A stretch of 64,000 nucleotides of DNA. Origin: Endomicrobiia bacterium. GTDB taxonomy: Bacteria; Elusimicrobiota; Endomicrobiia; DTEH01. Both the position numbers and the translations under genes were made by a program. This document shows positions 17,820 through 26,886 of the stretch, piece after piece. Numbering within the stretch: the stretch's first letter is position 1; every line of letters starts with the position of its first letter. The stretch covers positions 39,949 to 103,948 of the forward strand of contig JBCNUU010000006.1 of assembly GCA_039630545.1 (NCBI GenBank), written 5' to 3'. The notes beneath the pieces were generated by a model. That model did no database searches, had not been told where the DNA came from, and was given only the letters and a program-made list of their open reading frames with translations.

Positions 17820-19550
17820 TTACTCTTCTTCAGCAAATGTATTTTTAATTACTTCTTCAACAGTAGTGATACCCGCTAATAATTTTTTTAAAGCCGCCTC
17901 TCTTAATGTTATCATTCCGTTTTTTCTTGCTTGTTGTTTTATCTCAAAATGAGAAGCTTTTTTAAGGATTAAATCCTTTATTGACTCATTGCAATCAATC
18001 ACTTCAAATATTCCTGTTCTTCCTTTATATCCACCTTGACATTTACTACATCCTGTTCCTTTGTAAATAACTATTTCCTTCATATTCTTTACCATTTCAG
18101 ATGTAACACCTAATGGTTGAAGTTGTTGAAGTGAAACCCTATATTGTCTACGACACTCTTTACATATTTTTCTTAAAAGCTTTTGAGACATCACAAGTGT
18201 TAAAGTTGAAGCTATTAAAAACGGCTCCACACCCATATTTATCAGCCTTGTTACTGCAGAAGCAGCATCATTTGTATGTAGAGTAGCAAAAACTAAATGT
18301 CCAGTTAAAGCTGCGTTAATACCTATTTCAATTGTTTCTTTATCTCTTATTTCTCCTATCATTATTACATCTGGATCTTGCCTTAAAAACGCACGCAAAG
18401 CAGCAGCAAAAGTAAGTCCAACTTTTTCATTGACATTTACTTGATTTATACCATACATAACCGCTTCAACAGGATCTTCAACTGTCATAATGTTTACATC
18501 TTCAGTGTTTAAAACATTAAGTGCTGAATATAATGTTGTAGTCTTTCCTGAACCAGTAGGACCTGTAACAAGAATCATTCCATAAGGTTGTTTTATAGCT
18601 TTTTCAAAAAGCCTAAGTTGTTCTTCCTCAAAACCTAATTCTGTTAAAGGTAAAGTAAGTGCCTGTGCGTCTATTATTCTTATACAAACTTTTTCTCCAT
18701 GCGCTGCAGGTATAACTGATAAACGAAGATTTATTGGTTTGCCATTATAAGACATCCTGACTCTTCCATCTTGTGGTTTTCTTCTTTCAGTAATGTCCAT
18801 CTTACCCATTATTTTTATTCTTGCCACTACAGAAGGAAGCAATTTTTTAGGTAGAGGTTTTTGATCATGAAAAACACCGTCAATTCTGTACCTTATTCTT
18901 ACTTGTTTTTCCTGGGGTTCAATAAGAATATCAGAAGCATTTAAATTCAATGCTTGTTCTATTATAAAATTTACAGCTTTTACAACTGGAGCAGCATCTG
19001 CTTTAATATCTAATTCAGTGATATCCTGTTCTTCTACTATTTCAGCAGTGCCTGTTTCTATTTCTGTTTCTGCTTTCTTTTCTATTTCTTCTATAGACTC
19101 TTTTTTCTCATAGTATTTGTTTATCGCTTCCAAAATCTCTTTTTTTCTTGCTACAACAATTTTTATGTTATAAGGAGTAGCCAACTTAAGACTATCAAGG
19201 GCTATTATATCTAAAGGATCTGACATAGCTACAGTGAGAGTTTTTGTATTTTTGTCAAACTCAACAGGAATAAACTGAAAAGTTTTTACTAATTTTTCTG
19301 AAACTAACTTAAGAGTATCGGTAGGTATTTCATCAATTTCTGAAAGTGAAATGTAAGGAATATTAAACTGTTTAGCTAAAACAGCAAAAAGGATTTCTTC
19401 GTTAACAAGTCCTTCTTCTATTAACAACTCACCAAGTTTTTTGCCTGTTTTTTTTTGAGTTTCTAACACACTTTGTAGTTGTTCCTGGGTAATTAGTCCT
19501 AATGCTACAAGAAGTTCTCCTAGTTTCTTATGAGGAGTTATTATTTCCAT
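17820..19550 (-). CDS. pilB: Type IV pilus assembly ATPase PilB/GspE (paralog 1)
   Basis: MshEN-like N-terminus, GPTGSGKT, LRQDPD, GEIRD, two CxxC pairs. Confidence 0.93.
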   Translation of the reverse strand: MEIITPHKKLGELLVALGLITQEQLQSVLETQKKTGKKLGELLIEEGLVNEEILFAVLAKQFNIPYISLSEIDEIPTDTLKLVSEKLVKTFQFIPVEFDKNTKTLTVAMSDPLDIIALDSLKLATPYNIKIVVARKKEILEAINKYYEKKESIEEIEKKAETEIETGTAEIVEEQDITELDIKADAAPVVKAVNFIIEQALNLNASDILIEPQEKQVRIRYRIDGVFHDQKPLPKKLLPSVVARIKIMGKMDITERRKPQDGRVRMSYNGKPINLRLSVIPAAHGEKVCIRIIDAQALTLPLTELGFEEEQLRLFEKAIKQPYGMILVTGPTGSGKTTTLYSALNVLNTEDVNIMTVEDPVEAVMYGINQVNVNEKVGLTFAAALRAFLRQDPDVIMIGEIRDKETIEIGINAALTGHLVFATLHTNDAASAVTRLINMGVEPFLIASTLTLVMSQKLLRKICKECRRQYRVSLQQLQPLGVTSEMVKNMKEIVIYKGTGCSKCQGGYKGRTGIFEVIDCNESIKDLILKKASHFEIKQQARKNGMITLREAALKKLLAGITTVEEVIKNTFAEEE

Positions 19551-19561
19551 AATATGTAACT

Positions 19562-20050
19562 TTATCTTGCAAATCTTTTCTCTACAATCGGAATAATATC
19601 TTTTGGAACAAAATCTGAAATATCTCCTCCAAAACTTGCTATTTCTTTTATTAAACTAGAGGATAAATAAATCCATCTTATATCTGGCATAAGATATATA
19701 GTCTCCATTTCAGGAAACATCTTGCGATTTGTTAAAATCATCTGAAATTCATATTCAAAATCACTTAGTGCCCTTAATCCCCTTAATACAGTGTTACATT
19801 TTTTCTTTCTAAGATAATCTACCAACAACCCATCAAAACTATCAATTTCAACTTTTTTATTAAGATTATTTTTTTTAATTATTTTTTTTAGCATTTCTAT
19901 ACGCTCTTCAAGCGAAAAAAAAGGTTTTTTTTGAGGATTGTTAAGGATAGCTACTATAATAAAGTCAAAAATTTTACTTGCTCTAAGAATAAGGTCTACA
20001 TGTCCATTAGTCGGAGGGTCAAAACTTCCTGGATATACTATTTTTTTCAT
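19562..20050 (-). CDS. coaD: Phosphopantetheine adenylyltransferase
   Basis: YPGSFDPPTNGH, RGLRALSDFEYE, SSS. Confidence 0.98.
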   Translation of the reverse strand: MKKIVYPGSFDPPTNGHVDLILRASKIFDFIIVAILNNPQKKPFFSLEERIEMLKKIIKKNNLNKKVEIDSFDGLLVDYLRKKKCNTVLRGLRALSDFEYEFQMILTNRKMFPEMETIYLMPDIRWIYLSSSLIKEIASFGGDISDFVPKDIIPIVEKRFAR

Positions 20051-20082
20051 TAAAATGTAATTATTAAAATTTTACACTTTTT

Positions 20083-21588
20083 TCAAGAATTTTTATAATT
20101 CTTTAAAAATTTCTGGATCAAAGATATAGCCTGTTTTCTTGTAGAAATCTTACCGAGAATTTGTGCTTCTTTTATCAGATTTAATAGTTTTCCTACCAAT
20201 GGACCTTGAGGAATTTTAAAGATATTCATAATATCATATCCGTTTAATAATTTTGGTAGTGTTAACTTAGCTTTGTAATCTTTATATATATCTAGTATTT
20301 TATTTTCAAAATTTATAAACTCTTTTAAAGACGAAAAATTCTTAAAATATTTTCTTCTTTCTTTAACAGGAATACTTTCATATGAAATTCTATCTGCAAG
20401 AGAAAACACTAATAAAAAATATATATTATCGCCTACATCTTTAAACAATCGAAGATAAGCCCTTTGTGTTAGGTTGTCTTTATTAACACAGAGATTTCCT
20501 ATCCTCATATGATGTTTTATTACATTCAAAATAACCGAAATATCATCGTTACTTAATTTTAGTTCACGTAAGATCTTTTCTGAAATCTCATATGATTTTA
20601 TTTCATGATGAAAGAATCTAACTTTTCCTTTTATTTTTTTAGCAACTAATGGCTTTGCTATATCATGCAACAATGAAATAAACTTTAAAATATATTCTTT
20701 CCCTCTTATAGCTGAAAAAATTTCTTTATGATGGCAAGGATAATATTTTTTAATATTTAACAAAATTTTTTCTATACTTCTATAAGTAAGTTTTACATGT
20801 TGCCATAAACCTTCTGGGTGAAAATAAAATTTTTTAAACTGAGTATTTTTACCTTTCTCTTTTATAATTTTTATATCAGGAAAAATTTCTTCTAATATTC
20901 CATTTTTGTCCATCCATTCTAATACTTTATAGGATTCATTGTTAAATATTTTTTTAATTTCCTCTAAAATTCTTTCTTTTGCAACTTGTTTAAGGAAAAC
21001 TTTGGTTTTTTTTATAAGAAGATTTATTTTTTTGTGTGGTTTGAAACCTAATACATAAAATCTTGCTACTCTGATTATTCTTAAGGGGTCTTTTAAAAAA
21101 ACATCTTCTTTTACTACTTTTAATACTTTATCTTTTATATCTTTTTTTGCATTAAGTGGGTCTTCTAAGTTACTAAACAAAATTTTAGTATTAAAAGAAG
21201 ATAAAAACCTTATAAAGTGCGATAATTTTAAATATAGGGTATTAATGGTAAAATCTCTTCTTTGAATATCTTCTTGTAAATTTTCATAATTAGTAAAGTC
21301 TAAGTTTATAAAGAAGTTAGTTTCTTTTATAACGGTTCTAAAAACTAAATTTTCTTCATCAAGGACAACAAACGGAAGACTGTTTTTAAGTATTATTTCT
21401 TTTAGTTTTTCTACTGAAAGATTTTTAACTGCTATATCTATATCAAGCTGGTTTTTTGTTTTAAACAGATTTTTATAAATAAACAGATCTCGCAAAATAC
21501 CCCCGACAACAAAACAATCCTTAAAATTTTTATCTATAGTAGATAAAAAATTCTTTAACTTATATAAACTCGTAGGTTCCATTTTCAT
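20083..21588 (-). CDS. Class II tRNA nucleotidyltransferase with HD domain (probably CC-adding)
   Basis: VGGILRD, DID, RRDFTIN, DPLRIIR, LHDIAKP. Confidence 0.9.
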   Translation of the reverse strand: MKMEPTSLYKLKNFLSTIDKNFKDCFVVGGILRDLFIYKNLFKTKNQLDIDIAVKNLSVEKLKEIILKNSLPFVVLDEENLVFRTVIKETNFFINLDFTNYENLQEDIQRRDFTINTLYLKLSHFIRFLSSFNTKILFSNLEDPLNAKKDIKDKVLKVVKEDVFLKDPLRIIRVARFYVLGFKPHKKINLLIKKTKVFLKQVAKERILEEIKKIFNNESYKVLEWMDKNGILEEIFPDIKIIKEKGKNTQFKKFYFHPEGLWQHVKLTYRSIEKILLNIKKYYPCHHKEIFSAIRGKEYILKFISLLHDIAKPLVAKKIKGKVRFFHHEIKSYEISEKILRELKLSNDDISVILNVIKHHMRIGNLCVNKDNLTQRAYLRLFKDVGDNIYFLLVFSLADRISYESIPVKERRKYFKNFSSLKEFINFENKILDIYKDYKAKLTLPKLLNGYDIMNIFKIPQGPLVGKLLNLIKEAQILGKISTRKQAISLIQKFLKNYKNS

Positions 21589-22282
21589 GTAATATTAACA
21601 AATTATCACAAAAATATTCAGCTAAATTTTTATCATGGGTTATAAAAATATACGAAAGCTTTAAATTTTCTTTTATCTCATTTAAAAAATTCAACATCTG
21701 AGCCTGAAGTGCAACATCCATAGCTGAAAGGGGCTCATCTAAAATCAACATTTTTGGATAAAGACATAACACAAGTAAAACAGCAACTCTCTGCCTTTGT
21801 CCTCCAGAAAGTTGGTAAGGATACATATTTAAAATTTCAAAAGGTAACTTCGTAATGGAAAGAAGCTCTTTGGTTTTTAGTTCTATGTCAGAATTTTTAA
21901 ACTTTAAATTGTTAAGTTTGAAATATTGCTTTATTCTTTCTTTTATTAAATAGCCAACAGTAAACTTTGGATTTAACATTGAATATGGATTTTGAAACAA
22001 AAGCTGCACCTTTAATGCAAATTCCTTAAAAGAATACTCATTTATATTTCTACCTTCTATAAAAATCTCTCCCTCATCAGGAGGTTCTATTTTAGAAATT
22101 ATTTTAACAAGCGTAGTTTTGCCTACACCGGATGGACCAAGTATACCTAAGGTTTTATTGTATTCTAAATAAAAACTTACATTTGAAAGAATTTTTTTTC
22201 TTAAAATTTCTACATGAAGCAATTGAGAATAAACAGGATATGTCTTACTTAAAGATTTTACTTCTAAAATATTATTTTTCAT
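21560..22282 (-). CDS. oppF: Peptide ABC transporter ATP-binding subunit
   Basis: [24 protein letters not shown]; likely start MKNNILEVK at 22282 rather than the ORF-track 22441. Confidence 0.85.
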   Translation of the reverse strand: MKNNILEVKSLSKTYPVYSQLLHVEILRKKILSNVSFYLEYNKTLGILGPSGVGKTTLVKIISKIEPPDEGEIFIEGRNINEYSFKEFALKVQLLFQNPYSMLNPKFTVGYLIKERIKQYFKLNNLKFKNSDIELKTKELLSITKLPFEILNMYPYQLSGGQRQRVAVLLVLCLYPKMLILDEPLSAMDVALQAQMLNFLNEIKENLKLSYIFITHDKNLAEYFCDNLLILHENGTYEFI

Positions 22283-23297
22283 ATAAGAAACATTTAATGA
22301 AATGTTTGTCTTCAAATGAGTAAAATTCTGGTTTTGAAAGCTCACATTTTTTAATTTTTTTATTACATCTATTATAAAAAATACATCTTTTAAAAGTAGC
22401 CTCGTCTGTAAGATCAGGTAAATCATACGGAATTGTAGCAAGTTTTTGGCCTTTTTTTGTTTTATCTACAGTACATTCTAAAAGTAACATAGTATATGGA
22501 TGCAGCGGCTTTTCAAAAATTTCTTTAGTATAAGAGTATTCAATAATTTCACCAGCGTATAGAATAAAAACATAATCCACATAATTTCTAACGAGATTTA
22601 TATCATGGGTAATAAGAATAAAAGTAGAATTGTTTTCAAATACTAATTCATTAAGTAAATCCATAATAACTTCTTTTAAAGAAGCGTCAAGGGAAGTGGT
22701 AGGTTCATCAGCTATTAAAATTTCTGGTTTGTTAACTACAGCAGCTGCTATACAAATTCTTTGAATCTGACCTCCGGATAATTGATGTGGGTATTTATTA
22801 TAGGTTAACTCAGGCTCAGGAAGTTTTACTTTATGAAATATATCAATGACTTTATGATAAACTTCACTTTTTGAAAATTCAAAATGGTTTGTAATTACCT
22901 CTTCAACCTGTTTACCAACTGGTATTACTGGATTTAAAGCACTAAAGGGATCCTGAAATATCATAGAAATATGATTACCCCTTAAGTGTAGCATATGATT
23001 TTCTGAAAGAAGATTATTTTTGTTTTTACTATTTATTATAAAAATCTCTTTACTACAATTACAGGAATCCTTTTGTGGATAAAATTTAATAATACCAGAA
23101 TAGCTTGTGAATTTTTTGTCGTTTAGTAACATTATGGTGTTAGCAAGGGTAGTTTTACCTGAACCTGATTCTCCTACTATTGCTATCTTTTGAGATTGAG
23201 AAATAGTTAAACTAATATCTCTTAATATAAATAACTTCTTATTGTTTTTAAGTAAAAAACAAACATTTAAATTTTTTATTTCTAAAACATCTTTCAT
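22272..23297 (-). CDS. oppD: Peptide ABC transporter ATP-binding subunit
   Basis: GESGSGKT, FQDP, LSGGQ, HPYT and C-terminal Cys cluster. Confidence 0.9.
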   Translation of the reverse strand: MKDVLEIKNLNVCFLLKNNKKLFILRDISLTISQSQKIAIVGESGSGKTTLANTIMLLNDKKFTSYSGIIKFYPQKDSCNCSKEIFIINSKNKNNLLSENHMLHLRGNHISMIFQDPFSALNPVIPVGKQVEEVITNHFEFSKSEVYHKVIDIFHKVKLPEPELTYNKYPHQLSGGQIQRICIAAAVVNKPEILIADEPTTSLDASLKEVIMDLLNELVFENNSTFILITHDINLVRNYVDYVFILYAGEIIEYSYTKEIFEKPLHPYTMLLLECTVDKTKKGQKLATIPYDLPDLTDEATFKRCIFYNRCNKKIKKCELSKPEFYSFEDKHFIKCFLYEK

Positions 23298-24100
23298 TTT
23301 TCTTTAGGGCTAAACATAATTCTAAAACCTTCAGCTAAAAAGTTAAATCCTATAACAGTGAAAAATATTGCAAGTCCTGGAAATAAAGAAAGCCACCACG
23401 CTATATGAATATAATCCTTCCCAGATGTAAGAATATTTCCCCATGAAGGCTGTGGAGGCTGAACTCCTAAACCTAAAAAAGATAAAGCTGACTCTGTCAA
23501 AATAGCTGAAGCTATACCTAAACTGAATGTTACAAGAATTGGAGCTAAGACATTTGGTAAAATATGAACAAATATTATCTTAAAGGAAGAAAAACCTGCA
23601 AGTTTACATGAAAGTATAAATTCCATGTTTTTAATTTTTAAAACTTCTGCTCTAACATATCTTGTAAGAGAAGGCCATGAGGTAAGACCTATTACTAACA
23701 TTATGTTATAAACACTTGGTTTGACGAATGCAATTACCAATAAAATAAGAAAAAAAGTTGGAAAACAAAGCATTATATCGACCAACCTCATTATTGCAGT
23801 ATCTATCCAGCCACCATAATAACCACTTAAAAGTCCTAAACAACTTCCTATAATAGTAGCAACTCCTACTGCTATAAAACCAACACTTAAAGAAATTTTA
23901 GTAGCATGAATCATTCTTGAAAATACATCTCTCCCAAGTTCATCTGTCCCAAAAAAGTGTTTAAAAGATGGTGGTTTTAATCTATTAAGTAAATCTTGCT
24001 GATAAGGATCATATGGTGAAAAAAACTTAGCAAAAACTGCTATTACAACAAAAAATGAAACTATAATTAACCCGACTATAAAATAAGTATTTCTTTTCAT
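23294..24100 (-). CDS. oppC: Peptide ABC transporter permease
   Basis: FGTDELGRD, ESALSFLGLG, PSWG. Confidence 0.92.
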   Translation of the reverse strand: MKRNTYFIVGLIIVSFFVVIAVFAKFFSPYDPYQQDLLNRLKPPSFKHFFGTDELGRDVFSRMIHATKISLSVGFIAVGVATIIGSCLGLLSGYYGGWIDTAIMRLVDIMLCFPTFFLILLVIAFVKPSVYNIMLVIGLTSWPSLTRYVRAEVLKIKNMEFILSCKLAGFSSFKIIFVHILPNVLAPILVTFSLGIASAILTESALSFLGLGVQPPQPSWGNILTSGKDYIHIAWWLSLFPGLAIFFTVIGFNFLAEGFRIMFSPKEK

Positions 24101-24101
24101 A

Positions 24102-25070
24102 TCACTTATACCTTACTCTTGGATCTACATAGACATAAAGAATATCAGCTAAAAAATTTCCTAATAGTGTAAGAAATGCAGTTATTACGCTTATTCCCAT
24201 TATTAAAGGATAATCTCTTGACATTATAGCCTCATATCCTAGGCGCCCCATTCCTGGATATGCAAAAATTGTTTCAAATATAAAAGCGCCACCGATAATT
24301 TCTGGCAAAGATAATCCTAAAATTGTTACAACTGGAATAAGAACATTTTTAAAAGCATGTTTAAAAATTACTTTGTTTTTTGGTGTCCCTTTGCTAATTG
24401 CAAATTTTATATAATCACTGTTTAGTTGTTCTATCATAGTTGCTCTTATATATCTTGTAAGTCCAGCTAATCCGCCAAAAGCAGAAATTAACACAGGCAA
24501 AATTAAATGTTTAATGATATCTATAAATTTTTCTGTAAAACTTAGATATTCAAAATTTACACTTCTTATTCCTGAAATAGGCAAAAGTTTTAATTTTATT
24601 CCAAAAATTATCATGCATAAAATTGCTAACCAATATTTAGGAATTGAATATCCCAGAAACACAAAAACAGAAATTATTTTATCTAATAATTTATTTTGAT
24701 ATACTGCACAGATAACACCCAGAAATATCCCACCAAAAAAAATTAAAAAAAGAGAAGATATATTAAGAACCAATGTAGCTGGAAGTCTTTCTAATATTTT
24801 TTTTATCACGGGTCTGTCATCTTTGAAAGAATTTCCAAAATCTAATTTAATAAATCGCACAAGCCAATCGAGATATCTTAAATGAAGCGGTTTATCTAAT
24901 CCATAAATTCTGGCAATTTTCTGTTTTGCTTCATAGGTAATTTTTGAACTAAAATCCATCATATCCTGAGGTTTTCCAGGAGATATATTAATAACAAAAA
25001 AAGTTATAAAACTTATTCCAAAAAATGTAATAATTAAAATCAGTATTCTTTTTAAAACTATCTTAAGCAT
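24102..25070 (-). CDS. oppB: Peptide ABC transporter permease
   Basis: GLDKP, DFGNS, ETIFAYPGMG, RDYP, DPR. Confidence 0.92.
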   Translation of the reverse strand: MLKIVLKRILILIITFFGISFITFFVINISPGKPQDMMDFSSKITYEAKQKIARIYGLDKPLHLRYLDWLVRFIKLDFGNSFKDDRPVIKKILERLPATLVLNISSLFLIFFGGIFLGVICAVYQNKLLDKIISVFVFLGYSIPKYWLAILCMIIFGIKLKLLPISGIRSVNFEYLSFTEKFIDIIKHLILPVLISAFGGLAGLTRYIRATMIEQLNSDYIKFAISKGTPKNKVIFKHAFKNVLIPVVTILGLSLPEIIGGAFIFETIFAYPGMGRLGYEAIMSRDYPLIMGISVITAFLTLLGNFLADILYVYVDPRVRYK

Positions 25071-25139
25071 ATCTTTTTGCCAGATAGAGTTTTCTTAGTT
25101 ATTTATTTAAAAACTATAAAAATTAAAAATTTTTTTCTA

Positions 25140-25168
25140 TTGATAAATAAAAAAATTTTTATTAAAAT
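25140..25168 (+). promoter_or_regulatory. Putative sigma70 promoter, probably leaderless transcript
   Basis: TTGATA-17 nt-TAAAAT ending 8 nt before ATG 25177; no SD. Confidence 0.55.
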
Positions 25169-25176
25169 TTTGAACT

Positions 25177-26316
25177 ATGAAAAAATTTTTATGTTTTACA
25201 TTTTTTTGTTATTTATTTACAACCTGCTGTACCTTACAAACTACAGAACATAAATCAGAAAATCCTCAAACAAAAAATAAAATAAAAGTAGAAAAACCAA
25301 AATATGTAAGAGGAATACATCTTTCTGCCTGGGTTGCTGGGTTAGACAAATTTAAAAAAAGATTCGAACCATATTTAGGAAAAGAAAAACTAAATTCTAT
25401 TGTAATTGCAATAAAAGAATATGAAGGGCAGGTATATATTGATGTACCAGAAATTAAAAATAAATATAACACACCAATAATTCCAATCCCAAAGATTGAA
25501 GAATATCTTGAAGAATTAAAATCAAAGGGAATATATCCCATAGCAAGAATAGTTGTATTTAAAGACAACCATTTAGCAAAAAACTTTCCTCACCTGGCAG
25601 TCAAAACTCCAGATGGTAAAATATGGAAAGATTACAAAGGAAACTCATGGACAGATCCTTACAACAAAGAAGTCTGGGACTACAACATTGCGGTTGCAAA
25701 AAGAGCAGTTGAACTTGGATTTGAAGAAATACAGTTTGACTATATAAGATTTCCATCTGACGGTAATACAAAACTTTGCAGATACTCACAACATCACACC
25801 TCCACCTCAGCTACCAAAGCTCTGGTTGACTTTTTACAATATGCTAAAGAAAAACTCTCGCCAACATTTATTTCTATAGATGTTTTTGGATTAACACCCT
25901 CAGTAAACCATGATATGGGAATAGGACAGAGGTTTCTTCAAATGGCAGAAGTTGTAGATTTTGTATCACCTATGATGTATCCTTCACATTATAGAAAAGG
26001 AGAATATGGTATTCCTGATCCCAACAGAGAACCCTACAAAACAGTTTTTAGAACAGTTTCTGACGCAAAAAAACTTTTAGCAGAACAATATCATAAACTA
26101 AGACCGTACTTACAGGATTTTTCTTTGGGCTACAAGTATGGCCCTGAAGAGGTAAAAGCACAAATTAAAGCTTGCTATGATAATGGTATCTTTGAGTGGC
26201 TTTTATGGGATCCTAAATGTTTATATACTTTGGAGGCAATTGAAGAAATGATAAAATTTAAACCTGAAAACTATTCTGTAGAAATGTCTACGATTGAATC
26301 TCAAAACAATAAATAA
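25177..26316 (+). CDS. Putative glycoside hydrolase (DUF4015-like), probable lipoprotein
   Basis: IARIVVFKD, W.DPY...VWDYN, GFEEIQFDYIRFP, PMMYPSHY; signal peptide with Cys. Confidence 0.85.
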   Translation: MKKFLCFTFFCYLFTTCCTLQTTEHKSENPQTKNKIKVEKPKYVRGIHLSAWVAGLDKFKKRFEPYLGKEKLNSIVIAIKEYEGQVYIDVPEIKNKYNTPIIPIPKIEEYLEELKSKGIYPIARIVVFKDNHLAKNFPHLAVKTPDGKIWKDYKGNSWTDPYNKEVWDYNIAVAKRAVELGFEEIQFDYIRFPSDGNTKLCRYSQHHTSTSATKALVDFLQYAKEKLSPTFISIDVFGLTPSVNHDMGIGQRFLQMAEVVDFVSPMMYPSHYRKGEYGIPDPNREPYKTVFRTVSDAKKLLAEQYHKLRPYLQDFSLGYKYGPEEVKAQIKACYDNGIFEWLLWDPKCLYTLEAIEEMIKFKPENYSVEMSTIESQNNK

Positions 26317-26883
26317 TTAATCTATTAATCTAAACTTATCAATCACTATATATTCTGGACCTTCTGGTTTTAAGATGCTTTGAAAGAATGTAATATGGGT
26401 TACTTTGTTTGTTCCAAAAATTTGATTTTTATATTTTTCAATATAATCGACAATTTCATTTATTCTTTTTATTTGTTTAACTCTTGCAATTGTAAGGTGA
26501 GCTGTAAATTCTTTTGTTTCTTTAGGAAAACCCTCTTTTGAAAGCTCACTTTCTATTAAATCTGCAAGGGTTTTAAGTTTGTCTTTGCCTTCTTTTATTC
26601 CTATCCATATAACTCTAGGTGAGTTTATTTTTGGAAAAACTCCTAATCCTTCAAAGGATATATTAAAACTTTCTTTGCTTTGTAGAATTTCTTTTAAGAC
26701 ATTTTTTACAGTTAAAACCTGTTTTTCGTCAATCTCACCTAAAAACTTCAATGTTATATGAAGGTTTTCTTTTTTTACCCAGGAAATTTTATTTTTGTCT
26801 ATTTCACGATAAGTTTTAAATATAAATGTGTCTATTTTCTGCTTGACTTCTTCATCAAGTTCTACAGCTATGAATGTTCTCAT
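26317..26883 (-). CDS. thpR: RNA 2',3'-cyclic phosphodiesterase
   Basis: MRTFIA, two HxT motifs (HITL, HLTI); follows cinA. Confidence 0.93.
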   Translation of the reverse strand: MRTFIAVELDEEVKQKIDTFIFKTYREIDKNKISWVKKENLHITLKFLGEIDEKQVLTVKNVLKEILQSKESFNISFEGLGVFPKINSPRVIWIGIKEGKDKLKTLADLIESELSKEGFPKETKEFTAHLTIARVKQIKRINEIVDYIEKYKNQIFGTNKVTHITFFQSILKPEGPEYIVIDKFRLID

Positions 26884-26886
26884 ATT

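Noticed and set aside
22283..22441. N-terminal extension of oppF in the ORF track
   Set aside because: It overlaps the Cys-rich end of oppD; the ABC domain begins at MKNNILEVK.
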